The notes: a model not told the origin generated them from the letters alone. Counted from the stretch's first letter, positions 1 through 13,953 are shown. The stretch: DNA of 64,000 bases from Eledone cirrhosa (GCA_964016885.1 OZ024740.1:343914001-343978000), one strand, 5' to 3'. Program-made: numbers and translations.

Positions 1-345
1 AGAAGGAACGTTCTTTCTCTCTCTCTTTTTCTTCTCTACAATCTTTTGTGGCTAGTAGATAGATATTCACTAAAATGTTATCAACAATTATTATCTCAGC
101 CTTTGATGGATTTGAAATTCAAAATGTTTCTTTTAATAAAGCTATGTACTTTGTTGATGGTGTTTTACAGAGTAAAAGGTATATATAGAAATTGTTAGAA
201 GCAGACTACAAGTACGTATATCCACCAACAGGCTGATCATACAATCTATAAAGAAACAACATCCAAGTTGGATCTCAGAATATATAGCAATGATTACAGA
301 AAGAAAGTAGCATGTCCGGCTAACATTATGAATGGCATTATGAAT

Positions 346-537
346 GGCGGTGGATTGGCAGTATCGGTAGAGGGTCGGACGCCATGCTTTGACGCATAGA
401 GTTACGGCCCTTGCCATTAGGAGTTCAAATCCCGCCGAGGTTAACTTTGCCTTTCATCCTTATTGGGTCGATAAAATAAAGTACCAGTAATACACTGGGA
501 TAATTTCTGGCCTTGTGCCAAAAGTAGAAACAATTAT
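346..537 (+). mobile_element. tRNA-derived SINE (main family)
   Basis: A-box-like TGGCAGTATCGG, B-box GTTCAAATCCC, core GCCTTTCATCC..GGTCGATAAAATAAAGTACCAG, end AGTAGAAACAATTAT; TSD ATTATGAATGGC. Confidence 0.9.
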
Positions 538-902
538 GAATGGCAAGAGAAAATATCCGCCAAATCTCTCTGAAATCACATCGTCCTCTAGAACATTTTG
601 GAATACAAACAGACGAGAAGGTTATATTTAGAAAGCTTTTAACCATAGGGGTTCTTGATCAGAGTTGCCGTAAGCGCCAAATAATAAAAACAACGAAGAA
701 AATAATTTGAAGGTGCTCCTGCATGGTTTGAATTGTGAAGAATAAAAGAGCCTACGAAACTAAAGAACAAAAGCGGTAATATTTCATATAGAATACATAG
801 TCTCAACAATTAGCTAAGGTTTCCCTTTCTCATTTTCTATCTTCCGATTCTTAACCACTAAGTCACGCGCCTTCACTACATAGCATTGTACGTCACAAAT
901 AT

Positions 903-1160
903 CTAGGACGGGTAAAATTCCCGAGATCCCTGGATGAGTTCCCTCCAGCGGTCTCTGTCCCTTATTATCGCTGTCATGTCCTGCGTCTCCACCGGACCAG
1001 TGTCTGTCCTTAGGGCATCAACATACGTTAACATTGGTCTTCCTTTTCCAGTGTGTCCATGTAGGGGCTCCCACGGGAACACTGAGTGCAATGTCAATTC
1101 TGGATGTCGGTGAGCATGTCCAGCCAACCTTAGTCTCCTCTGTGTCATTTTTGAGCTGAC
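903..1160 (-). pseudogene. RTE-like LINE ORF C-terminal fragment
   Basis: QRRLRLAGHAHR...W...GRPMLTYVD...RDRWR, typical post-RT LINE C-terminus. Confidence 0.7.
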
Positions 1161-1204
1161 TGTTTATCATTGTAGTGGACTTGTATGCGCCATCATGTAT
1201 GCGC

Positions 1205-1420
1205 CATCATGTATGCGCCTTGCACTGGAGTTTCCCCGAATCAGTGGAGGATCAGTAACATCGTCCCAGCGCCAAAAAAAGGAGATCTCTCTAACACCAA
1301 CAACTACAGGGGGATCTCACTGACATCACTTGTGGCAAAGACCCTCAACAGGATGATTCTTAACAGGATCCAACCTGAGATGGAGAAGAAGCTCAGGGAC
1401 AACCAGAACGGCTTCAGATG
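1205..1420 (+). pseudogene. LINE reverse transcriptase N-terminal fragment (RTE-like)
   Basis: WRISNIVPAPKKGDLSNTNNYRGISLTSLVAK...QNGFR. Confidence 0.85.
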
Positions 1421-2077
1421 CTGAGACCTGTATGGGAGTCACAAATATATATATATAAAATTAGCTGTAATTTTCAAAGTAATTATCAATATGTTCTCTC
1501 TTTCACTGATTTTAAAAGAAATGCTCAAAGTATTTTATTTTGTCTCAGACACGTAAACCGGGTGTGTTGCGTTTGAATTTAGCTGAGGTTCAATAGGAAA
1601 CTTTCATCAATATATCTAATATTTTAGTGTTACAATATACGTTATTCTTTGTGTTAGAATGCATGAGTGTCATTAATATCAGAAGTATTGTTTTTATATT
1701 TACTACAAGGAACAGATTACTTCTTAATTTTGTGATAGCTTCGAGTAGTTTTATATATTTTCCTATTCTTTCTTTTCTTTTGTTTCCCCTTCCTTTTTAT
1801 TATTTCTATATTGAAAATAAACATGTATTGTTGAAAACTAATACAGATAGCTACAAAAGACGAACGAAACAAAACAAACTGTTGTCTATATTCAAAGAAG
1901 CCAACAAATACAACGAAAGAAATAAAGAGAGACCGGGTCTGATTTAATTAATGTTACATTGGTTTGAATGATAGTCAGGATCTGAGACAACTATATTTCG
2001 GACGACAAAATATTTGTTGTGGATGCTACGTTCTATGTGGGAATGACATAAATGTTGGTATTATTTATGTTAACCTA

Positions 2078-2268
2078 GGGCGGTGGATTGGCAGTATCGG
2101 TAGAGGGTCGGACGCCATGCTTTCCAGCATAGTTACGTCCCTTTACGATCTGAGTTCAAATCTCGCCGAGGTTGACTTTGCCTTTCATCCTTACGGGGGT
2201 CGATAAAATAAAGTACCAGTAATGCACTGGGTAATTGCTGGCCTTGTGCCTAAAGTAGAAACAATTAT
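2078..2268 (+). mobile_element. SINE, full length
   Basis: Family consensus; 17-bp TSD ATTATTTATGTTAACCT (2060-2076, 2264-2280). Confidence 0.92.
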
Positions 2269-2491
2269 TTATGTTAACCTTGATCACTGAAGCGAAATTC
2301 TAGAAAGCCAGATAGTTATGTGAATTGACGTGGAGATATCGTTAAAATGTTGAACAAGAGGTGCTTGTCTTACATATATCATAGGAAACAGCCAATTATT
2401 GACTTAAGCTGAAAAAGGTCGGCAAATATTAAAACTAAAATGCGATTAAAAACTCTTGCATCTGTGATAATTGGCGTCATTATATAAGTAT

Positions 2492-2586
2492 GTATGGTGT
2501 ATTATTTTAGTATGGTGTATTATTATAGTATGGTGGATTATTATAGTATGGTGGATTATTATAGTATGGTGGATTATTTTAGTATG
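2492..2586. repeat. 18-bp minisatellite, about 5 copies
   Basis: (TAGTATGGTGGATTATTA)n. Confidence 0.8.
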
Positions 2587-2778
2587 TATGAATGGATTAT
2601 GATTTTACATATGAATATGTCTATTTGCTTCCGCTTGTCTTATATATAATTCAAAATAATGACGAATAAGCAGCCATATATGATATAATTATGTATCGTC
2701 TTGCTTTGTGACCACATCACAAAAATCTTTGTGCCATGTGTAAGAGCGTTATATACATGTGTTTATGAATTATTATTG

Positions 2779-2920
2779 GCATAGTTACGTCCCTTTACAA
2801 TCTGAGTTCAAATCCCGCCGAGGTTGACTTTGCCTTTCATCCTTACGGGGTCGATAAAATAAAGTAGCAGTAATGCACTGGATAATTGCTGGCCTTGTGC
2901 CTAAAGTAGAAACAATTATT
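2779..2920 (+). mobile_element. SINE, 5'-truncated
   Basis: B-box, core and tail; short TSD ATTATTG. Confidence 0.88.
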
Positions 2921-4476
2921 GATACATACTCTAATATACTGCGGAAAAAAGACTTGAAATGTTTATAGATTTTTGTAAATCTGGCTGGATCTGTAACAGA
3001 AAAGATGAAACCTCCTTTCATTACCTCCATGTAAATATAGTTATAGTTAGACTCTAAATCTCCACATGTATACATCAGCAAATTTCGAAACATAGTGTAG
3101 TTGAATCCGAGAACTGCAGCTGCCGAATGAGGTTACATAAGATTTGAGACATAAAATCAAATGGAATTATAAACTTGTAAAAGTTTGTAATTCCATTTGA
3201 TTTTAAATGTCAAGGGGGAAAACATATCATGTTTGTGAGGATGTGTGTATGTGTGTTTTTATATGTGTGTGTATTCGTGTAATTATGACCAGTATAAAAA
3301 CAAAATTACATTAGGTATCTTGAAAGAGGTTAAATGTAAAACACCGAAAAAGTTATGGTCAATATTGTCCTTTATTTTGTTATTTGTTTTATTCTATATT
3401 ATCTATTTATTAATGTTAGAGAAGGCAACAAACGGATCAAAAGATGGTAGCCGTTGACGTGTGTAAGCGTGTCTTTGTGTCTATATTTAAGACTATGGGA
3501 GCGTGTACATGAGCACTCGAGTGTGTGCACGTCTGTGAATCGTAATGTATGTTTGTATATGGTTATATGTATATAATCTGTGTGTGTTTATGTGTATAAG
3601 TTTGTATGTAAGACTGTCTGTATGCATAGCTACGAAAATGTGCGAAGTTTACGAGTTTACTAATGTGTTCTTGGTTATGTCAATGTGTATGTATGTGTGC
3701 GTATTTGCCTTTACGTGCCTTTATCTGTGCTGGTCTTATATATGTGTCTGTGTTTGTTCGTATATATGACGGCGTGCTAATTTGTGTATGTGTGTATGCG
3801 AACGTATTTCGTTATTTCACGCCATGTCAACTACGGTAATAAGACCAGCTGGTCGCGTTAGGATACTTTTGCCTCCTTGGTTGTGTGTGGCATATGGACT
3901 GTCAGATGCCACAGTGAATCTATGCTTATTGAGCACAAGATAAAACCTTTGTAAACTGGGAGGATGGGTCGGTACATAGAAGAACCACAATAACTAATGA
4001 AAACAGTAGCAGCAAAAAGGTTAAAAACAAATGATTAAAAAAAGCTATTCACAAACTACAAAATTAAAAAAAAAGAAAGAAACAACCCAAACAATCATCA
4101 TCATCATCATTATCATAAAATTCAGCATCATCAACTCCATCTCCAGCAACAACATCAACACGCTCTTCCTCCTCAAAGTCATATTAACAGCAAAACAAAC
4201 CAACAAGAAAATCAGCAAAAATAACGTCAATATCAATATTAAAAGTGAAGGGTGATGAGCAAGAATATGCGTGACGGAGGTTATGTGTGTATGTGTGAAT
4301 ATATGTGAGAAAGAGTTTTGGAAATGCTTGACTGCTAGATATTCAGACAGACAGGTACGTAGAAACACTCATGGCGAGACCGATAAAGAAATGGCGTGAG
4401 AAAAATAGACGGTCAGATTCATATATATATACAAACACTAATACACACATACATGCACTCTCTCTGTCTCTCAAAC

Positions 4477-4763
<287 letters not shown>

Positions 4764-4767
<4 letters not shown>

Positions 4768-5196
4768 TGCTGAAAATTTAAGTAAGTGACATTGTCACTA
4801 CTTTAAAACAATATCGTAAGGTCTTCAAAATGCTTTTAATTAAGCATACAGTGTATTGCAAAATACACTATATATACATTCATATATATATCGCTATTTC
4901 AGAGCACCAATTCTAATTTTCAATTTCTGCTGGACCGACGACCGCTCTTTATAATCAGTTCCTGATTATTACTAGAATTCTAGAAGAATCCAACATTCAT
5001 AATTTTCAGCAAACAGGAAGAGTAGTGAGATTTGATAAGTACCAAGAAGTACGAAACAGAGCTTTGTCAGCTTATCTCCCCTGTTTGCTCAAAATTTAAG
5101 TACGTGACAATGTCACTACTTTAAAACAATAGCGTATGGTCTTCAAAATGCTTTTAGTTAAGCATACAGTGTATTTCAAAATACACTATATATACA

Positions 5197-5205
<9 letters not shown>
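4764..5205 (+). mobile_element. Partial tandem (period about 318 bp) HHR-bearing element between (TA)n tracts
   Basis: 4764-4888 repeated at 5082-5205; HHR lies in the unique part. Confidence 0.7.
5001..5096 (+). ncRNA. Type I hammerhead ribozyme, U3-A8 variant
   Basis: TTGATAA(5032)-GTAC caagaa GTAC-GAAA-CAGAGCTTTG-TC; long outer helix AATTTTCAGCAAACAGG/CCTGTTTGCTCAAAATT; proximal helix I is irregular. Confidence 0.65.
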
Positions 5206-5246
<41 letters not shown>

Positions 5247-5374
5247 AAAGTTCTATTTAAAGTTGTTGGGATACAACAAGTAAATATTTTTATAACTGAT
5301 ATAAAGCACTCAACAAATTTTTGGAGTAGATATACGATATTAATAAATGGAAACTATATTTATAAAACCATATT

Positions 5375-5439
5375 TATTTCATTATACATAGTTCAGGGAT
5401 ACCACATTAAATTATGGTATGCCTTCATCAGACAAAATA
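5375..5439 (-). ncRNA. Type I hammerhead motif in 3' pLTR (GAAA mutated to GAAC)
   Basis: Minus strand: TTTTGT-CTGATGA-AGGCATACCA..TGGTATCCCT-GAAC-TATGTA-TA-ATGAAA. Confidence 0.7.
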
Positions 5440-5971
5440 CAATATATAACAGTTTTACAAATAGGTTTGACGTACCCTTTAAAATACAACCATTACTTTT
5501 GGAGGCTGTCTGGATAGTGATTTGTTTATATAATAAGTCATAGTGTTAAGCACAATTAGAAAAAGACGGAGAGAAAGAAAAAAGACGGAGAGAGAGAAAA
5601 GAACAAAGACAGAGAGAGAGAAAGAAAGAAAAGAGAAAGAAAACCTGGAGAAATATCGGAGAGAGAGAGAAAAGTATGGAGAAAAGAAAGAGATAGATAA
5701 AGATAGGAGGAAATAAAAAAGAAAGAAAAGGAAGGAATAAGAAAAACAAAGGAAAGCAACAGAGAGATATCAAGTCATCATACAGAGAGAAAAACCCAAG
5801 AGATAGAAATACTATGTAGAGAGAGGGGGGGGGGGGCAGTGACAACTTTACGTCATGTCATATTAAGTTGAGTTAACAATTTATATGAAATGAATAATAA
5901 AAATATAAATATAAGTATCAATATTCATGAATGGGACATAGATATATAATATGAGAAATTAAACATTGTTC

Positions 5972-6161
5972 AATAATTGTTTCTACTTTAGGCACAAGGC
6001 CAGCAATTATCCAGTGCATTACTGGTACTTTATTTTATCGACCCCGTAAGGATGAAAGGCAAAGTCAACCTCGGCGGGATTTGAACTCGGATCGTAAAGG
6101 GACGTAACTATGCTGGAAAGCATGGCGTCCGACCCTCTACCGATACTGCCAATCCACCGCC
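5972..6161 (-). mobile_element. SINE inserted in PLE 3' UTR
   Basis: Family consensus; 18-bp TSD TAAACATTGTTCAATAAT. Confidence 0.92.
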
Positions 6162-7155
6162 TAAACATTGTTCAATAATGACCACATGTTTAGTTTAGAA
6201 ACTTGAGATCAATATACCAAAATCCGAGTTCAAAATGTACCCTTGTTATAGAGATTAGTATTTTATGCAAAGACATACAGATATATATGTATATATACAT
6301 ACACATAGATACGCACGTCCTGAAAATAGAAATTATGTTTACTCAAGCCAACAATATAGCCATACAAAACGTAAATGATTTCTCTTAATCACTGCTATAT
6401 ACTCATTGTGTTATAAAAATTTCACAGTATATATATACAAATATATACGATTAACAATCATGTCCTCATATATACGATTACCATTCATGTGTTTAATATT
6501 ATGCACATCTGCAACATACCTCTCAACCATAGATATATACACATGCATATATACACATACATATGTATAAATAAATATTTGCGTGCGTCATCATGCATCA
6601 CTCATGTATATATACAGACACAAAAAAAATCTATAACACTTTCTATGCATGTTAATACTCACATATGCATTTGTATAGAGATAATCCAATATCATTAAAT
6701 TACCAAAGGATTATAATTTGTAAATATAACCATAACAATACAAATTTAAAATACCAAAGGAATATATTTTGGAAATGCAACTATATAGTCAAAAGAAATC
6801 TAGAAATATCAAAGCATTAAATATCATTAAAACACTATAGAGTATCTTAAGTTAAAATAATATGTTTTATATATTTAGTATAGAAATTTATCCTACGTAT
6901 ATCTCAATCAAAATAATTTAAGAGATTTAAAAAGTTAAAAAAACCCAATGATTCTACAGATAACCTTATATTTAATATAAAAATTTACCTTACGTATATT
7001 TTATTTAATACATTGGAAGTATAGATATTTTAGAGTAGTTTATTATATCCATGTTTATATTTAGGAAGAAAGTTTAAAAAGAAAAAGGTGTGAGGGAATC
7101 TAATGGATTATCGACAGGTTCCATATATTAACTAAAATTACTTAAATTAATTATA

Positions 7156-9165
7156 CTACATTTTAAAATGATATTTATATTTAAACGTTGAGTTCAATCT
7201 ATGTCTGCAGCAACTGAATAAATTGTTCCTCAGATTAAGGGAATTTTTGGACTTTAATATAAAGAATATTTCTTCAATACAAAGATCACAATTTTCTGAA
7301 GAGGAATTAAAAGCAGTAGCTTTTGAAATAATATTCCAACTTAACGAATACTTAATATTATCTCGTTTTAGGTCCCATAGTAGGCTAGATAGCGAAGGTG
7401 AAAATTTTTTGTTTGGATCTGTGAAAGAATTCTTATGATTATTGAAGCGAAATTTAAATTCTGTAGAGGTGGAACCAACATAGTTAAATGAATTTAAATT
7501 AGTTTTAACATTACAATTGTACACTACATTTTTAGCTAAGCAGTTGTTATTTAACGGACAGTTAGATTTAGCAATAGGGGTTTTAATATTTAGTGAGAAA
7601 GGGGGAGCAAACCATAATATATTTCTAGTACTATTTCTTTTTCGGCTTTTGGAATTATTGTAATGTTTTCTATTATAGTTATTAAAGTTGTTACCGTAAT
7701 TGAAATTGTTATTATTTTGGTTAGTTTGCTTATTATTATTATCGATGTATTTAATTTTATTTCTATATCCAGCTCTAGCTAATGCTTCGTTGTAATACTG
7801 CGCTTTTTCATCAAATATATTTTTATTAGATGAAATTCTTGAAATTCGTTCTTGAACAGAGTTAACTATAGTATTTTTAACAGATCTGGGGTGATTAGAG
7901 TTAAAGTTGACATAATTCAAGTTCTCATTTAGTTTGTGAAATGGATAATGAAGACATGTGTTGAGATTTAGTGTTACATCAAGAAAATTGACTATTCTAT
8001 GGTTATTCTCTATTTCTATTTTTAGATTAAGGTAATTAAAAAATTGTATAATTTGTTTTCTTTTTCTATTTAGTTCACAGCTATTATCTTCTATAAGTAA
8101 AAGCATGTCATCACGATATAATCCTCCGGTTACACCTGGTATTTTCTATGTAGCGAATTAATTATAAATAGGCCCACAAGGTCCGTTACCTGAGCTGAGT
8201 CTGATGATCCCATAGTTATGTCGAAATTATTATTTCTATCTGCCCTAGTCCAGAGTTGGTTATTAAATTCTATCAATGTTTTCCTTGCCGATAATATAAT
8301 GTGCATTTCATTGCTAGTTAGGTCAGTATGTTTAAATACGTAATTTAGTGCCTTATTCAGTAGATTAGGAGTGATAGATGAATAGTAGTTAGCAATATCC
8401 AGCTGAATAAACTTATTATTACAGTTATACTTAATTTCTTTAAACCAATCAATAATCTCACTAGTCCCTTTCCATAATTTTAAGTAAGATAAATTAGGTA
8501 AGTTTATAATTTGTTGTATTACCCTGTCTAGAATATTTTTACTAAGTTTTCCCAGGTCAGATTTGGATGGTGCAATTAATCTGACTGGTAAATCATTTTC
8601 AAAGTTTCTTTTGTGATCCTTCATATTGATCCTGGGTTTCCTAGGCATGAATGGTTGTGTTTTATTCTCCATGTCTAATTCATGCACTATACAAGATGCA
8701 TCTGTATTCATTTTTTGTAGTTCATCCTTACTTGCTACCTTGTACTTTTTCCTTAGTTCTTTCAATATAAGGTCGTTATACATGTCCTTTTGTACTCCAT
8801 AAAGGTTGTTAGTTATTCCGACTTCACTAAAATTTTGTTTTCTCCAGGTTTTCAATATTATCCTTAATACATCTTAAGTAGTCCTGGCCTTTGAAGTTTC
8901 TCTTGAATTTCATGCCTTGGATGATAGATACTATATCGTTTTCAAAATCCATTAGTAGTTTGTTGGGGGGTGGATTTTTTTTAGATTTGAAAATTTTATC
9001 CAGATTTGAAACATTTTCATTTAGATTAGATTTATCAAAGTGGAAAGCACGCCACCTGATTCTTCTTATAAAAGAGTCTGATTTTTCTATTAATTGTTTA
9101 ATAAAATCCTTGTTCCTAGGTAGAGGTATGTCTTTTAGAGAAGAAGAGATCTTAAAGAATTCCAT
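7156..9165 (-). pseudogene. PLE reverse transcriptase + GIY-YIG endonuclease, frameshifted, probable internal deletion
   Basis: DIPLP..FIRRIRWRAF; LDIANYYSSI; DITMGSSDSAQVTDLVG; GGLYRDDM; VNFLDVTL; NVVY..YVGST..RFNNH; CDLC..CRH; frameshifts near 8850 and 8130. Confidence 0.92.
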
Positions 9166-9363
9166 TTTTCTTTCTCTTTTCTTTCTCTCTGTCTTTGTTC
9201 TTTTCTCTCTCTCCGTCTTTTTTCTTTCTCTCCGTCCTTTTCTAATTGTGCTTAACACTAGGACTTATTATATAAACAAATCCCTATACACAGACAGCCT
9301 CCAAAAGTAATGGTTGTATTTTAAAGGGTACGTCAAACCTATTTGTAAAACTGTTATATATTG

Positions 9364-9428
9364 TATTTTGTCTGATGAAGGCATACCATAATTTAATGTG
9401 GTATCCATGAAATATGTATAATCAAATA
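9364..9428 (+). ncRNA. Type I hammerhead motif in inverted pLTR
   Basis: CTGATGA(9372)-helix II-GAAA(9409)-TATGTA-TA. Confidence 0.75.
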
Positions 9429-9601
9429 AATATGGTTTTATAAATATAGTTTCCATTTATTAATATCGTATATATATATATAGAGATAATGTTAGAGCTG
9501 TTGGAAGTGGTAGAATAAGAGAATTTAATTGTATAAAAGCGAATATATATATATATATAAAAGCGAACATATATATATATATAAATATATATGTATATAT
9601 G

Positions 9602-9950
<349 letters not shown>

Positions 9951-10027
9951 ACGAAGGAAGTTTGGTAAAGAACTAGATGGACCATAACGCACCACAGTAC
10001 TCAATACTTTGGGTAGTAGAGTGGGTA

Positions 10028-10155
10028 ATAGGAACATGTATTACCCCGACGGCAGAGCTCATGCAGTTTCGACGGCTATTTCTGGGCTGAAATGAGTCCA
10101 GAAATAGCCGTCAAAATGGCTTGAGCTCTGCCGTCGGGGTTATACGTTTTCCTAT
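10028..10155. repeat. Imperfect foldback palindrome, TA-flanked
   Basis: ACCCCGACGGCAGAGCTCA..GACGGCTATTTCTGG / CCAGAAATAGCCGTC..TGAGCTCTGCCGTCGGGGT. Confidence 0.85.
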
Positions 10156-10237
10156 ATATATATATATATATATAAAAGTAAGTATGGTTTGAAACAGTGA
10201 GCAAGTTTGAAATTAGAAAATAGAAGCTTTTACCGTA

Positions 10238-10398
10238 TTTTTTGACTAAAGGAACTTTAGTCTGATAATGGGGTTTAGAACCCTTAGAGAAATGGAAAAA
10301 GATTAGTATTGACGTACATGTACGTCAACACTCATCTTTATCCATTTCTCTGAGGGTTCTAAACCCCACATCCGGCTAAATTTTCTTTAGACAAAAAA
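10238..10398. repeat. Diverged foldback palindrome, TA-flanked
   Basis: Centre GACGTACATGTACGTC; arms TGGGGTTTAGAACCCT/AGGGTTCTAAACCCCA. Confidence 0.85.
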
Positions 10399-10470
10399 AA
10401 CAAAAACATATATATATATATATATGTATATATATATGTATATATATATGTATGTATATATATATATATA

Positions 10471-10531
<61 letters not shown>

Positions 10532-10547
10532 TATATAGGTATATATT

Positions 10548-10671
<124 letters not shown>

Positions 10672-11201
10672 AAAGAATAGAAACCAAATCCAACGAACAC
10701 ACAATATGATAAAGAGCAAAAGACAATCTAAGTCAATGAAAAAGATCCTAACACATGCCAAAATACTGCCAAACACAACAACGAAACCCACAGTAAAAAA
10801 ATGCGATAGACCCAACTGTGGCATATGCATCAACCTAATAGAGGGTTCGGAATTCTATTTCAAAGAAGGACAACGTTTTATAGTAAAACACAATTTCACA
10901 TGCGCATCAGAAAATCTAATATATGTATTAACTTGCTCAGGTTGTCGAGAACAATACATAGGCCAGACTAAAAACAGCCTCCGCCAACGCATGTCTGTCC
11001 ATAGATCCGAAAATTAAAATACGGGAATGCAGGAAAATACCACTGAGTGAACACATTGATACCTGTGCCGCCCAAAATCATCCCAACTTCAGAATATTTC
11101 CCCTCTACAAATTTAAAGTTAATGCCACCCACACCCAGCGCATCAGCAAGGATTCTCACTTTATTAACAAATACGGACTCCGTCTAAACACTTCTCCCTA
11201 A
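10672..11201 (+). pseudogene. PLE (Neptune-like) Cys-rich linker + GIY-YIG fragment
   Basis: CDRPNCGIC..FTCASENLIYVLTCSGCREQYIGQT..RQRM..H; frameshift near 11012; begins directly after (TA)n. Confidence 0.85.
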
Positions 11202-11720
11202 GACGAACCCACAACATACACACGTCAACATACATACCTACATCAGCATACATCTCTATCCACATATAAACACAATGACATACGTAAACACACATGTTCT
11301 ATGGTGCAACACAAATATACACAAATTTGCATACCTTTTGATGTCTATAGATATAAACGTGCTGACACACACACATACATATACGCACACATGCATTGCA
11401 CACTGATGGGCACATACATATTTGTACACAAGTATTCCAATACGGCAAGGCCTAATGGATTCCCCTTGCAGTACGTACAATCTGGACACTCACACACAAC
11501 CTGGTATTATGCCAAAACTATATATCATTTCAGACCTTTTATTATTAAGGTTTTTGATGTGAGAGAATCGTTTTTACTGAAAATATCGAATAATGTACAC
11601 CATTTTTACCAGTATCACAAAAATACTTGTCCACCCACACACAGACATTCTCAAACACACACACACACACATATATATATACACACACACATACACACGC
11701 GTACATTAACATACAAAGAG

Positions 11721-11756
<36 letters not shown>

Positions 11757-11978
11757 CTCCGCATAAGACAAGAACTGAAAAATATCTTTTAACATGTTAA
11801 AATATCCCCCACACACGTACAGACACATTCCTACTGACCATCCCTCTACCACGAATTACTGTGCTACACACACACACACTTGTCTTAATAGGCATTTGAT
11901 CTGTCAACAGGCTGCGGTTCGCACACACATCCCTGCTGACCATTATCACAACAACGAACCTCTTTACTACTACTACTA

Positions 11979-12054
<76 letters not shown>

Positions 12055-12433
12055 TTGTCTTGAAAGACTTATTTTTCAGTGACTTCTCAATCAGCCGAGA
12101 CAAACCTACATTTGGCGCAAAATCAATTTTTAACATTCACATGACCTCTACCGACCAATCAAAATTGTTTTGACCACAATAATTTTTTCATACATCTGGA
12201 GCCACTTTTTTTTACATAAAACAGGTAGAATTTCCAAAACTAATCAGATTAGAGCAAACATCACGGGCGCTCTATCTCAAAATTATTTTTGAAAAGCACT
12301 AGAAATGCGCAACCGGTAAAACTTAAAACCAAAACTGAATACTAACCAATACTATTACTAATTTTTACTTATTCCTAATTAAACTATTTTTCACTGGGAA
12401 CAATTTGTCAGCATTTTCTTTTCCTTTTACCAA

Positions 12434-12546
<113 letters not shown>

Positions 12547-12874
12547 AAAGAAGAGAAATAGGATGAAGGTAAACAATTACAAAATAATTTAATCCACGTA
12601 TTTACAATTGTTTCATCAGAATTTCAGTCCATTATTGCTACACTATGTTATAATAGGCAATCAAGAAAGATACTGTGGCATCCGAATTTTCAAAATACAA
12701 AGTTGGAATGACCTTAGGAAATGAAATAAGGGGTAGTAGTGTAAGATAGAGGAACAGAGAGAGAGAGAGGGGCAAAAGAGAGGGAGAGAGAGAGAGAGAG
12801 AAAAAAGGGATAGAGGAAGGGAGAGAAAGAAAAAGAGATAGTGTGGTGTGAGAGGATTTGTATAGGGAGGGGGA

Positions 12875-13312
12875 AATTGTAATTGCCACCTTCCAGAGAC
12901 TTGTCCATTGAATAACGAATGTTTGCATTCAAACCTAGTATACAGGTGCTCGGTTGAATCGGGCAACCAAACCTGGTACTACATAGGCAGCACTGCAAAC
13001 ACCTTCAAAACTCGTTGGTACACGCATCGTTACGCAATAAAGCACCACCAACACCGTTACGTAACGACTCTCGCCGACAAAATTTGGCACTTAAAAGGGA
13101 GTAACCGACAATACACCCTTAAATGGACCAAACTCTCACATGCTCCTCCATACCGGAGTGGGATGAAAACGTGCCCGTTGTGTAATAATGAGCTCTTCCA
13201 TATTCTAAGCTCAAGCCACCAACTACTCAACAACAAAATTGAAAGGTCAATTTTTTGCCAGCATAAACTGAAAGCGAAATCCTCACACTTCAAACCTTCA
13301 ACCAAATCCTAA
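12875..13312 (+). pseudogene. GIY-YIG endonuclease fragment
   Basis: CNCHLPETCPLNNECL..LVYRC..YIGSTANTFKTRWYTH..CPLCNNE..CQH. Confidence 0.88.
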
Positions 13313-13665
13313 CACTACCTATCTTTCTACCCTAAATAACAATTCTACACCCCTAAAATAGACTATATATGAAATTTAATACTTTCCTCCTTCATCTGTT
13401 CTCTGGTAAGACTTTCGCCTGTCCACTTCCAAATGCCTCTTAAAATTCTATCTTCCTTCTCTCTCCCTCTACTCATCACAACTTTTAGCACACATCACTC
13501 CTCCCCCTCCCTATACAAATCCTCTCACACCACACTATCTCTTTCTCTTTCTCTCCCTTCCTCTATCCCTTTTTTCTCTCTCTCTCTCTCCCTCTCTTTT
13601 GCCCCCCTCTCTCTCTCTGTTCCTCTATCTTACACTACTACCCCTTATTTCATTTCCTAAGGTCA

Positions 13666-13781
13666 TTCCAACTTTGTATTTTGAAAATTCGGATGCCACA
13701 GTATCTTTCTTGATTGCCTATTATAACATAGTGTAGCTATAATGGACTGAAATTCTGATGAAACAATTGTAAATACGTGGA
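13666..13781 (+). ncRNA. Type I hammerhead, U3-A8 variant with long helix II (mirror copy about 12593-12708 on minus)
   Basis: TGTATT-TTGAAAA(13681)-TTCGGA...TCTGAT-GAAA(13760)-CAATTG-TA-AATACG. Confidence 0.65.
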
Positions 13782-13953
13782 TTAAATTCTTTTGTAATTG
13801 TTTACCTTCGTCCTATTTCTCTTCTTTGATTACACTCCTCGTTTGTTCGTGTTTCCACTACAGAATCCCTACCAACCTGTCGAGTCACCTTAACGTACGT
13901 TGAGAACTTTCCTCACAACTTGTTCTACCAAGCTTTGGAATACTCCTAATAAC

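Larger units (their letters stand above)
5244..9472 (-). mobile_element. Penelope-like element (Naiad-like), near full length, with inverted 5' pseudo-LTR
   Basis: RT+GIY-YIG ORF; about 310-bp inverted repeat 5331-5643 vs 9166-9472; (TA)n at both ends. Confidence 0.88.

Noticed and set aside
346-430. tRNA gene
   Set aside because: The A/B boxes belong to a SINE head with body, tail and TSD; no cloverleaf
2492-2586. CRISPR-like short repeats
   Set aside because: No unique spacers; eukaryotic minisatellite
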